From Phyllobates terribilis (Eukaryota), in the NCBI RefSeq assembly GCF_046119375.1, contig NW_027362769.1:362824001-362888000 (forward strand): DNA of 64,000 bases. The letters are read 5' to 3'. Shown one piece after another: positions 25,217 through 38,479 of this stretch (position 1 is the stretch's first letter; each line of letters starts with the position of its first letter). The notes beneath the pieces are model-generated. The model did no database searches and had not been told where the DNA came from. It was given only the letters and a program-made list of their open reading frames with translations. The position numbers and the translations under genes were made by a program.

Positions 25217-26585
25217 ATTTAAATTAAAAAGCTTAGAGCTGCCTCCACCACAGGGGGGCTCTCTCGACCCACCAGCGGACAGGCACCAGTATTGGGAGAG
25301 GGGGGCTGGCCGTCAGGGTTCACCGCGGCTCTGGCACAAACCCGGCGACACGGAGGTGGCACGGGCAGGAGCGGACTGAACGTGTCGGCTTCTCACTTTT
25401 TGGATTTTAGAAGGGCATGACATGCCTATATCTGTGTCTCCCCCTCCTTTTACTCCTCCACCTCTTTTCTTTTCGCATGACTATATGTACTTGTCACTTT
25501 TCCATGTGTTAGTTGTGTCTTCTGAGCAGTTTGTCAGCTTTTGGACACCTTTGAAGGTGTTTTCTATGTGTTTCTATGTGTTTTTGTTTGCCTGCCATTG
25601 GTTTTAACGGTGTTCGAAGGTGTTCGACGAACAGTTCGACGAACAGTTCGGCGAACACACGGGTGTTCGACGAACCGAACCGAACTCGAACACTACGGGG
25701 GTGGCTCAACACTAGTAGCCAGTTGTTCACCTGTAGAATCTTATTCCACCTCATTGTTCCATGGTCATCCACTGGGAGGATGGATGAGAAGACCACCTGC
25801 GCTCCCAATTCTTTCACTTTCTTGCCTAAGTCTTCAAAGTCACTGCAGATGGTTTCCAGGTCCTTTCTTGCGGTGTCATTTGTCCCCACATGTATTAGCA
25901 GGAATGGGTAGTGATCTGTAGGTCTGAAGAGTCTTGATATCCTGTCAGACACATCTTTAATTTTTGCTCCAGGAAGACAGCACATTTCTCTTGAGGTTAT
26001 GTCTGGTCTGCAGATAGCGGCCTCTGTTCCTCTTAACAGGGAATCCCCCATGACCACCACTCTTCGTTTTTTCTTCACAACATTCTTCTTTCTCCATCCA
26101 GGAGGATTCTGAGGACTTACAAGGTTATTCATTGCTGGCAAAGTCTTATCTTGCTGTATTTCTTCAAGGTTCTCCTGCGTGAGAGCCTGGTACTGGTTCC
26201 TGAGCAGTATGGGTGCTGACTGCCTCTCGATCCTCCTGCTTCTGTGGGTCACATGCTTCCATTCCTCTGTTTCGTCAGGTGCAGTTCGAATTTCTTCTCT
26301 TTCTGAATCATGAAGAGATAATTCTGCTCTGTCTAAGAACTCTTCACCTTCCTTAATGATTTTCAAGGTAGTTAACCTCTCTTCTAGATTTCGCAACTTT
26401 TCCTCCAACAGGGACACAAGCTTGCATTTCTGGCATGTGAAGTTTGGCTTTTCCACTGGCAAGTCTGTGAACATGTAGCAGGATATGCAGCTCACCAAAT
26501 GGCTCCTGGACTCTTCCATGTTCTTACTGTTAATGTTCTGAAAACAGTGAAAAATGCTTCAAAATGCGCGCGCCGTTAGGCGCGC

Positions 26586-27860
26586 GGTTTACCGATGTCC
26601 TCTTTTCAGCTCCAACAGCCAAAATCCAGTGTTCTTTGAGCTCGCGGAGACTCTTCACTTACCCCAAAATGCAGTGGAAATATGCAAATTATCTCCTCAG
26701 GACTCCTCCCCTGGTTTACCGATGTCCTCTTTTCAGCTCCAACAGCCAAAATCCAGTGTTCTTTGAGCTCGCGGAGACTCTTCACTTACCCCAAAATGCA
26801 GTGGAAATATGCAAATTATCTCCTCAGGACTCCTCCCCTGGTTTACCGATGTCCTCTTTTCAGCTCCAACAGCCAAAATCCAGTGTTCTTTGAGCTCGCG
26901 GAGACTCTTCACTTACCCCAAAATGCAGTGGAAATATGCAAATTATCTCCTCAGGACTCCTCCCCTGGTTTACCGATGTCCTCTTTTCAGCTCCAACAGC
27001 CAAAATCCAGTGTTCTTTGAGCTCGCGGAGACTCTTCACTTACCCCAAAATGCAGTGGAAATATGCAAATTATCTCCTCAGGACTCCTCCCCTGGTTTAC
27101 CGATGTCCTCTTTTCAGCTCCAACAGCCAAAATCCAGTGTTCTTTGAGCTCGCGGAGACTCTTCACTTACCCCAAAATGCAGTGGAAATATGCAAATTAT
27201 CTCCTCAGGACTCCTCCCCTGGTTTACCGATGTCCTCTTTTCAGCTCCAACAGCCAAAATCCAGTGTTCTTTGAGCTCGCGGAGACTCTTCACTTACCCC
27301 AAAATGCAGTGGAAATATGCAAATTATCTCCTCAGGACTCCTCCCCTGGTTTACCGATGTCCTCTTTTCAGCTCCAACAGCCAAAATCCAGTGTTCTTTG
27401 AGCTCGCGGAGACTCTTCACTTACCCCAAAATGCAGTGGAAATATGCAAATTATCTCCTCAGGACTCCTCCCCTGGTTTACCGATGTCCTCTTTTCAGCT
27501 CCAACAGCCAAAATCCAGTGTTCTTTGAGCTCGCGGAGACTCTTCACTTACCCCAAAATGCAGTGGAAATATGCAAATTATCTCCTCAGGACTCCTCCCC
27601 TGGTTTACCGATGTCCTCTTTTCAGCTCCAACAGCCAAAATCCAGTGTTCTTTGAGCTCGCGGAGACTCTTCACTTACCCCAAAATGCAGTGGAAATATG
27701 CAAATTATCTCCTCAGGACTCCTCCCCTGGTTTACCGATGTCCTCTTTTCAGCTCCAACAGCCAAAATCCAGTGTTCTTTGAGCTCGCGGAGACTCTTCA
27801 CTTACCCCAAAATGCAGTGGAAATATGCAAATTATCTCCTCAGGACTCCTCCCCTGGTTT
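26586..27860. repeat. 127-bp satellite, array 2 (10 units plus 5 bp)
   Basis: Same unit as array 1. Confidence 0.97.
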
Positions 27861-29536
27861 GAGAATACAGGGTCCTGCTCTCTGGAGTTTGAATTTCCCG
27901 TTCATTGTGCAGTTTCCGCAGCTTCTAATTATATATGTTTTACCTGTGATGAGAAATGTTTCAGAAACAGTCTATAAATAAAAGGGCAGACACGACACCA
28001 GCTGCAAGTGATCTACACTTCATATAGAAGCTTCAGATCACTGCTGAATATACCTATAACGGCACTGACAGTGATTAACCCCCCACTTCCATCATACCAG
28101 CATATTCGTAACATGCTATTCACTAATGTCCAGGAAGGGTCATTTCCGCACCTTACTACTCCCCTCATCATCCCTTGCATTCTGTACAATCTACATGTGA
28201 CATTCTGGCTGCTCCCGGTGACTAATCTATAGGATCCTGACTGAGCTCTGACATTTCTAAGATGGGCTTGTCACTTCAGATAGAATTGCTCTTGGGGTGC
28301 GGTGATTTGCCAGGAGCAGCAGCATGTGACCATGCCTGGACACGACCAGAGGAGGATTGTGGCAGCCAGGATTATTGCCTCTTCTAAGGACAGTGCAGGG
28401 AGGAAGCCGCGGTCAGCAGCACTGCTCAGATACTTAATATTTTGCCACCACTGGGATTTTCCGCTCATCAGAAATGACAATATTTACTTTCTCCTAATAA
28501 CACTTGTATTGTAATTGACAGAGATCATAAAACTCAGATATCACTTGTTTCTTCATATGAAGATTTGCATTTAGAGAACATTTGTTATTTTCATGTAGAA
28601 GATAATGACAACAGCTCAGGTCAAATAAAAAAAGGAACCGTATAAATAACAAAATCACTGAGCAGCTGATTGATTCTCATTCCAGTGGTCCCATATCCAA
28701 TGGAGAATACACTGTGATCTGGAAGGTGATTACATGAATGTGGTCAGTGGAGTTTATCTATAGACCGCACACTTCTCTTCACAGCAGAAGTAGTAACACA
28801 ATTACATGTAGAAGCTGCGGAAACTACAAGGAGCGGGAAATTCAAACTCCCTAACGTCCTGTGTTCAGCCAATCAGCAGAGGAAGGGGAGGAGCTAATGT
28901 TAATAGTTACCGAATAGGAAGTTGCCGCTCAGGGGCTGATGGCTTTTTCTGTTCTTTGTCCTTCTGGATCACGTGGTTTCAGGACGGTCGGATATCAGGA
29001 AATTTGCTTGTGTTGAGTGATCAATGGTCTCTTGGTTCCATACAGGAATTTCTATCATTTTCCAGGATCCAGGGAACTGTATCCGCTTTCTATAACACAA
29101 AGTGCAGAACTGATTCTAACAATGGTGACTCCATCACACCAGCAATATTCCGAGTGCCGGGAATATAAAGAAACGAGATACTGCAGTTTACAGAGAACTT
29201 TGAAAGAAGGAGGTGGGGATTTTATAAAATGTAGGTTAATATTATCTAGATAAACCTACTACAAAGCTGCAGAGGATATTAGTCTCTTAATCCTGATGCG
29301 TTTTCAGGATCAGACCCGTGCGGCTGATAGGAGTCAGCGAGTGTTCACAGGAGATAGCGCTGGATAATGGACGTCCTATAATGATCGCATCATATACACC
29401 AAGAAATCTGCGCATGTTTCCTAGATTCCTTCACAACACAGTCCAGACTCCTAATAGATTATATAAAGATATTATTCAATAATCAGGGCAGAGAAGCTGA
29501 TGTGAGGGATTAGCTCGTTATTATGGAGGATTTGGT

Positions 29537-29552
29537 GGCCCTGAAAAGAGCC
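29537..29552 (-). terminator. Histone 3' stem-loop of H3 copy 1
   Basis: GGCTCT-TTTC-AGGGCC followed by ACCAA. An HDE-like AACGAGCT lies 17-19 nt downstream. Confidence 0.92.
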
Positions 29553-29581
29553 TTTGTGTTAGTCAGACGTGTAGGACGGAT

Positions 29582-30046
<465 letters not shown>

Positions 30047-30642
30047 TTATACTCCTCTGCTCCTGTTACCGCGTCATGTGAACACGCCCCCTGCACTGCA
30101 TTGATAATATCATAAATTAACATGAGCCGCCAAAACAGGTGTGATATCCGCGACCAATCATTATTCCCAAAATCATCCCAACGCCCATTAATCCCGCCCT
30201 CAAAAAGAGGGGCAGGGTCTCTGTTCACACTCTTTTCTGGCTGCGGATACTGGCACAGGGTCACACCATGTCTACATGCGGCTTCTACAGCAAGAGCCGC
30301 CGTCGTCACTGTTCTTCTATGTCACCAGTACACGGAGCTGTACAGGGTCTACTCTATCATCAGTCAAATCACTGGTTCTCCAATTCTCTCATCGAAGTAA
30401 TAACCGCACACTAATCCTTTCACTAATAAAGACGCAGGTTACAAGTGGTGATTGATTAGGATGATGTAGATTTCTGTAGGACATCGGCCCCTTCCCTCCA
30501 TTGATTACACTGATCGGTCACCTGCACTGGTGTGATCGGGACACAGCGCAGCTCTATGCGGAGATGTGGGGAAAAGCTTATTCATTATAACACTGGAGCC
30601 GCTCCCTGTACACACTATAATCTAGAAGCGGCAGGATATACG

Positions 30643-31305
30643 GGCACTGATCATACAGCTCTGCCGGGGACAAGGTGGTGGCACTGATCATACAGCTCTG
30701 CAGGGGACAAGGTGGTGGCACTGATCATACAGCTCTGCAGGGGACAAGGTGGTGGTACTGATCATACAGCTCTGCCGGGGACAAGGTGATGGCACTGATC
30801 ATACAGCTCTGCCGGGGACAAGGTGGTGGCACTGATCATACAGCTCTGCCAGGGACAAGGTGGTGGCACTGATCATACAGCTCAGCCGAGGACAAGGTGG
30901 TGGCACTGATCACACAGCTCTACAAGGAACAAGGTGGTGGCACTGGTCACAGCTCTGCCAGGGAAAAGGTGGTGGCACTGATCATACAGCTCTGCAGGGT
31001 ACAAGGTGGTGGCACTGATCATACAGCTCTGAAGGGGACAAGGTGGTGGCACTGATCATACAGCTCTGCCGGGGACAAGATGATGGCACTGATCATACAG
31101 CTCTGCAGGGTACAAGGTGGTGGCATTGATAATATAGCTCTGCTGGAACAAGATGATGGCACTGATCATACAGCTCTGCCAGGGACAAGGTGGTGGCACT
31201 GATCATACAGCTATGAAGGGGACAAGGTGGTGGCTCTGATCATACAGCTCTGCTGGGAACAAGGAGGTGGCACTGATCATACAGCTCTGCAGGGAACAAG
31301 GTGGT
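30643..31305. repeat. 37-bp minisatellite (about 18 units) directly 3' of the H1 stem-loop, copy 1
   Basis: Plus-strand unit is GGCACTGATCATACAGCTCTGCAGGGGACAAGGTGGT. The minus strand contains AGAGCTGTA. Confidence 0.96.
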
Positions 31306-31351
31306 GGATCTGAAAAGAGCCTTTGTGGGGTAATAACAGGGCGGCTTTGGA

Positions 31352-31586
31352 TTATTCCTTAGCTGCGGGCTTCTTGGCTTTAGCTGCCTTCTTAGCAGGA
31401 CTCTTCGCAGCTTTGGGTTTGGCCGCCTTCTTAGCCGGACTCTTCGTCACCTTCTTGGGCTTCGGAGCGGCCTTTGGCTTCTTGGTCGCCTTCTTGGCAG
31501 CTGCTGCGGGCTACTTGGCCTTCTTCTGGCTCTTCTTTGCTGCGGTCGGAGCCTTCTTGGGCTTCTTCGGAGACTTGGCGGCTTTC
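31352..31586 (-). pseudogene. H1: Histone H1 3' fragment, cut off by the duplication junction with the 127-bp satellite
   Basis: Identical to 35704-35938. The stem-loop is at 31306-31321. Confidence 0.92.
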
Positions 31587-32212
31587 CTCTTTTCAGCTCC
31601 AACAGCCAAAATCCAGTGTTCTTTGAGCTCGCGGAGACTCTTCACTTACCCCAAAATGCAGTGGAAATATGCAAATTATCTCCTCAGGACTCCTCCCCTG
31701 GTTTACCGATGTCCTCTTTTCAGCTCCAACAGCCAAAATCCAGTGTTCTTTGAGCTCGCGGAGACTCTTCACTTACCCCAAAATGCAGTGGAAATATGCA
31801 AATTATCTCCTCAGGACTCCTCCCCTGGTTTACCGATGTCCTCTTTTCAGCTCCAACAGCCAAAATCCAGTGTTCTTTGAGCTCGCGGAGACTCTTCACT
31901 TACCCCAAAATGCAGTGGAAATATGCAAATTATCTCCTCAGGACTCCTCCCCTGGTTTACCGATGTCCTCTTTTCAGCTCCAACAGCCAAAATCCAGTGT
32001 TCTTTGAGCTCGCGGAGACTCTTCACTTACCCCAAAATGCAGTGGAAATATGCAAATTATCTCCTCAGGACTCCTCCCCTGGTTTACCGATGTCCTCTTT
32101 TCAGCTCCAACAGCCAAAATCCAGTGTTCTTTGAGCTCGCGGAGACTCTTCACTTACCCCAAAATGCAGTGGAAATATGCAAATTATCTCCTCAGGACTC
32201 CTCCCCTGGTTT
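31585..32212. repeat. 127-bp satellite, array 3 (about 4.9 units)
   Basis: Same unit as array 1. It starts at the junction inside H1. Confidence 0.96.
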
Positions 32213-33888
32213 GAGAATACAGGGTCCTGCTCTCTGGAGTTTGAATTTCCCGTTCATTGTGCAGTTTCCGCAGCTTCTAATTATATATGTTTTACCTGTG
32301 ATGAGAAATGTTTCAGAAACAGTCTATAAATAAAAGGGCAGACACGACACCAGCTGCAAGTGATCTACACTTCATATAGAAGCTTCAGATCACTGCTGAA
32401 TATACCTATAACGGCACTGACAGTGATTAACCCCCCACTTCCATCATACCAGCATATTCGTAACATGCTATTCACTAATGTCCAGGAAGGGTCATTTCCG
32501 CACCTTACTACTCCCCTCATCATCCCTTGCATTCTGTACAATCTACATGTGACATTCTGGCTGCTCCCGGTGACTAATCTATAGGATCCTGACTGAGCTC
32601 TGACATTTCTAAGATGGGCTTGTCACTTCAGATAGAATTGCTCTTGGGGTGCGGTGATTTGCCAGGAGCAGCAGCATGTGACCATGCCTGGACACGACCA
32701 GAGGAGGATTGTGGCAGCCAGGATTATTGCCTCTTCTAAGGACAGTGCAGGGAGGAAGCCGCGGTCAGCAGCACTGCTCAGATACTTAATATTTTGCCAC
32801 CACTGGGATTTTCCGCTCATCAGAAATGACAATATTTACTTTCTCCTAATAACACTTGTATTGTAATTGACAGAGATCATAAAACTCAGATATCACTTGT
32901 TTCTTCATATGAAGATTTGCATTTAGAGAACATTTGTTATTTTCATGTAGAAGATAATGACAACAGCTCAGGTCAAATGAAAAAAGGAACCGTATAAATA
33001 ACAAAATCACTGAGCAGCTGATTGATTCTCATTCCAGTGGTCCCATATCCAATGGAGAATACACTGTGATCTGGAAGGTGATTACATGAATGTGGTCAGT
33101 GGAGTTTATCTATAGACCGCACACTTCTCTTCACAGCAGAAGTAGTAACACAATTACATGTAGAAGCTGCGGAAACTACAAGGAGCGGGAAATTCAAACT
33201 CCCTAACGTCCTGTGTTCAGCCAATCAGCAGAGGAAGGGGAGGAGCTAATGTTAATAGTTACCGAATAGGAAGTTGCCGCTCAGGGGCTGATGGCTTTTT
33301 CTGTTCTTTGTCCTTCTGGATCACGTGGTTTCAGGACGGTCGGATATCAGGAAATTTGCTTGTGTTGAGTGATCAATGGTCTCTTGGTTCCATACAGGAA
33401 TTTCTATCATTTTCCAGGATCCAGGGAACTGTATCCGCTTTCTATAACACAAAGTGCAGAACTGATTCTAACAATGGTGACTCCATCACACCAGCAATAT
33501 TCCGAGTGCCGGGAATATAAAGAAACGAGATACTGCAGTTTACAGAGAACTTTGAAAGAAGGAGGTGGGGATTTTATAAAATGTAGGTTAATATTATCTA
33601 GATAAACCTACTACAAAGCTGCAGAGGATATTAGTCTCTTAATCCTGATGCGTTTTCAGGATCAGACCCGTGCGGCTGATAGGAGTCAGCGAGTGTTCAC
33701 AGGAGATAGCGCTGGATAATGGACGTCCTATAATGATCGCATCATATACACCAAGAAATCTGCGCATGTTTCCTAGATTCCTTCACAACACAGTCCAGAC
33801 TCCTAATAGATTATATAAAGATATTATTCAATAATCAGGGCAGAGAAGCTGATGTGAGGGATTAGCTCGTTATTATGGAGGATTTGGT

Positions 33889-33904
33889 GGCCCTGAAAAG
33901 AGCC
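33889..33904 (-). terminator. Histone 3' stem-loop of H3 copy 2
   Basis: GGCTCT-TTTC-AGGGCC. Confidence 0.92.
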
Positions 33905-33933
33905 TTTGTGTTAGTCAGACGTGTAGGACGGAT

Positions 33934-34398
<465 letters not shown>

Positions 34399-34994
34399 TT
34401 ATACTCCTCTGCTCCTGTTACCGCGTCATGTGAACACGCCCCCTGCACTGCATTGATAATATCATAAATTAACATGAGCCGCCAAAACAGGTGTGATATC
34501 CGCGACCAATCATTATTCCCAAAATCATCCCAACGCCCATTAATCCCGCCCTCAAAAAGAGGGGCAGGGTCTCTGTTCACACTCTTTTCTGGCTGCGGAT
34601 ACTGGCACAGGGTCACACCATGTCTACATGCGGCTTCTACAGCAAGAGCCGCCGTCGTCACTGTTCTTCTATGTCACCAGTACACGGAGCTGTACAGGGT
34701 CTACTCTATCATCAGTCAAATCACTGGTTCTCCAATTCTCTCATCGAAGTAATAACCGCACACTAATCCTTTCACTAATAAAGACGCAGGTTACAAGTGG
34801 TGATTGATTAGGATGATGTAGATTTCTGTAGGACATCGGCCCCTTCCCTCCATTGATTACACTGATCGGTCACCTGCACTGGTGTGATCGGGACACAGCG
34901 CAGCTCTATGCGGAGATGTGGGGAAAAGCTTATTCATTATAACACTGGAGCCGCTCCCTGTACACACTATAATCTAGAAGCGGCAGGATATACG

Positions 34995-35657
34995 GGCACT
35001 GATCATACAGCTCTGCCGGGGACAAGGTGGTGGCACTGATCATACAGCTCTGCAGGGGACAAGGTGGTGGCACTGATCATACAGCTCTGCAGGGGACAAG
35101 GTGGTGGTACTGATCATACAGCTCTGCCGGGGACAAGGTGATGGCACTGATCATACAGCTCTGCCGGGGACAAGGTGGTGGCACTGATCATACAGCTCTG
35201 CCAGGGACAAGGTGGTGGCACTGATCATACAGCTCAGCCGAGGACAAGGTGGTGGCACTGATCACACAGCTCTACAAGGAACAAGGTGGTGGCACTGGTC
35301 ACAGCTCTGCCAGGGAAAAGGTGGTGGCACTGATCATACAGCTCTGCAGGGTACAAGGTGGTGGCACTGATCATACAGCTCTGAAGGGGACAAGGTGGTG
35401 GCACTGATCATACAGCTCTGCCGGGGACAAGATGATGGCACTGATCATACAGCTCTGCAGGGTACAAGGTGGTGGCATTGATAATATAGCTCTGCTGGAA
35501 CAAGATGATGGCACTGATCATACAGCTCTGCCAGGGACAAGGTGGTGGCACTGATCATACAGCTATGAAGGGGACAAGGTGGTGGCTCTGATCATACAGC
35601 TCTGCTGGGAACAAGGAGGTGGCACTGATCATACAGCTCTGCAGGGAACAAGGTGGT
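34995..35657. repeat. 37-bp minisatellite (about 18 units) directly 3' of the H1 stem-loop, copy 2
   Basis: Same as 30643-31305 at +4352. Confidence 0.96.
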
Positions 35658-35673
35658 GGATCTGAAAAGAGCC
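35658..35673 (-). terminator. H1 3' stem-loop with a stem mismatch
   Basis: GGCTCT-TTTC-AGATCC against canonical AGAGCC. Confidence 0.85.
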
Positions 35674-35703
35674 TTTGTGGGGTAATAACAGGGCGGCTTT
35701 GGA

Positions 35704-36351
35704 TTATTCCTTAGCTGCGGGCTTCTTGGCTTTAGCTGCCTTCTTAGCAGGACTCTTCGCAGCTTTGGGTTTGGCCGCCTTCTTAGCCGGACTCTTCGTC
35801 ACCTTCTTGGGCTTCGGAGCGGCCTTTGGCTTCTTGGTCGCCTTCTTGGCAGCTGCTGCGGGCTACTTGGCCTTCTTCTGGCTCTTCTTTGCTGCGGTCG
35901 GAGCCTTCTTGGGCTTCTTCGGAGACTTGGCGGCTTTCTTGGCTGCAGCAGGCTTCTTGGGCTTGGCCGCAGCTGCTGACTTCTTCCTGGCCGCTTTGTC
36001 CTTAGTCTCCTGCTGCTTCTTGTTCAGCTTGAAGGACCCGGAGGCGCCGCTGCCCTTCACCTGGAGGAGGGCGCCCTTGGTGACCAGAGCCTTGACGGCC
36101 AGCTTCAGGCGGCTGTTGTTCTTCTCTACATCGTATCCTCCGACAGACAGAGCCTTCTTCAGGGCGGCCAGAGACACCCCACTGCGCTCCTTAGAGGCGG
36201 ACACGGCTTTCACGATCAGATCGGAGACGCTGGGACCGGAGGGCTTCTTGCTTTTTTTGACGCCCCCGGCGGCGGATTTCTTCGGCTGCTTCTTGGATTT
36301 GGCGGCCGGTTCCGCGGGAGGGGGAGCGGCGGCTGGTGCGGTCTCTGCCAT
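35704..36351 (-). pseudogene. H1: Histone H1 (somatic type) with premature stop at codon 163
   Basis: [18 protein letters not shown]..., globular domain ([15 protein letters not shown]...[10 protein letters not shown]). TAG at 35863-35865 is in frame with the normal TAA at 35704-35706. Confidence 0.9.
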
Positions 36352-36419
36352 CGTGTGCTGCGGAACTAGAACACAAATATTTCCTGATAGGAAACAAAAC
36401 ACTGAGGCCGGAGCTGGAG

Positions 36420-36779
<360 letters not shown>

Positions 36780-38239
36780 CGCTGTAATCTTCTCCAAAAA
36801 GTGGAAAGCACAGAAAGAAATATACTCTCTTGTGATGCCGGTTCTGTCTCCTCAGTCGCTTTTTATCCGCCGCTGCCCCGACCTCCTACCTTATCATTGG
36901 ATGGATCTGAAGCCGCCAATGTGAAGCAGACTTGTGGAAACACCAATAAGACGCAGCCTACACAGGTCACGTGACTTTTTGTTCATGAGTTTGAAGTTCC
37001 CGCTCAGCGGCTGATGGCTTTTCTGTTCTTTGTCTCCATATAACACAAGGTTCTATGACCGACCTATATCGGGAAAGCAGCTTGTGTTCAGCGATCATTG
37101 GTCGTTTACATCCCATACAGGAGTCTGGAGATTTTAGTTGAGCAGTCTCCGCTTTCTGTAATACAAGACCTGGGGTCAGGGATGCTTCGGTTTCCTTTCA
37201 TGGATATAAAGAGTGAATAAGCCATCAGCTGGCTATGCTTTGTTGTTCCCATTATTAAAGAGTGGGTCTCCTATACTGTTATTGCGTATGCAGTAACTAT
37301 CACTTCCCGGTGCCTGCGCAATGGAACCCTGCGGCGCAGTGCAGAGAGGGACGGCGCCAGGATGAAGCAAAGCGCGCCTTATGTGAGCGGCACTTTGCTC
37401 ATGCCCGAGAAGTGAGGTAGAACAGAGCACATCACAGGGCCGTGTGACGTGTAGGGCAGTGGGGTAATAAGGTAACTAACCATATAGGCGGATATTTTGG
37501 GGAACAATATACAGTTAGGTGGGGATTTATTGGCATCCGGGGGATGCCAAGCCTGTGGAAAATAGAGTAGATGAAAACACTTTTCTCTGCAATCAAGCCT
37601 CTACTATGAGCCATACAGGTATGTATAGATTTTCTTTTCTACAACCTGTATGCCCATAGTAGAGGTCTGATATCTCCCAGGGGGTGGCAGATTCCCTTAA
37701 CAGAATGTGTCTGTTGTATTTCAAATAAAGTGTTTACTCTGTGTCTGTGTGTTTATTTAACTCTTTACTTTACTTTATTTAGGCTTGGTAATGACAGGGT
37801 CTGATTGACATTTTGTCATCACCAAACAAAAGAGCTAGGTGTAAGCTAATCCAATTCACCCAATTTTCATCAGCATTCCCATTCATGTAATTTCTGGGGC
37901 ATCTGAAAGCTGTTTTAATATTTTTTTTTATTATATGCTCAATCCCCGAAGCCCTATCTTTTGTAAAATAACTAAAAATAAAAAACAACCATATCCCTCA
38001 CATGTCCGCTATCATGACGCAATCCAGATTGTCCCTCGGCGATCCGGGTCACATCTACAGCAGTGACTTCAGCAATCACTGATGTCACTGCTGTAGAAGA
38101 CAGCAATGTACACTGACAGGGGTGTAATCACTACTGCCAGTATACATTGCAGCTGCAAGAGTGAGGTCACTTGGGTTCATAAGCTGAAGATCAGCTGATC
38201 AGCCTCGGTGATCTCAGCCTCAGTGGAATGTGGGAACAC

Positions 38240-38479
38240 TAGTGATGAGCGACCATGCTTGCCACTGCTCGGTACTCGCCGAGCATCTCAGTACTCGAGA
38301 TGCTGGGAGCTCGCCGAATACTGCATGTTTGGCGCTATTTAGAGCACCAATCATACAGGGATTGTCTACCACTCACTGTAATGTCACAGCCTTGGTAGAT
38401 GTGGCATTACCCGACAATTTAGAACAGAAAGAATAGAGCATCACACATAGATTAGACAGATAGAAACATGTGAGTCACA
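38240..38479 (+). mobile_element. Left end of another non-autonomous hAT (TAGTGATGAGC TIR), interrupted by the Helitron
   Basis: The TIR at 38240-38250 matches the family at 6133. No matching right end was found. Confidence 0.45.

Larger units (their letters stand above)
20382..27860 (+). repeat. Second copy of tandem segmental duplication 1 (offset 8326 from 12056 onward)
   Basis: All ORFs recur at +8326. The copy contains the hAT 3' half with its right TIR (ending 25714), Tc1, L1, solo LTR, 18S piece, CR1 ORF1 and satellite. Confidence 0.95.

Noticed and set aside
37597-37676. Imperfect hairpin of about 80 bp as a miRNA or ncRNA
   Set aside because: It cannot be distinguished from a MITE relic without expression data.
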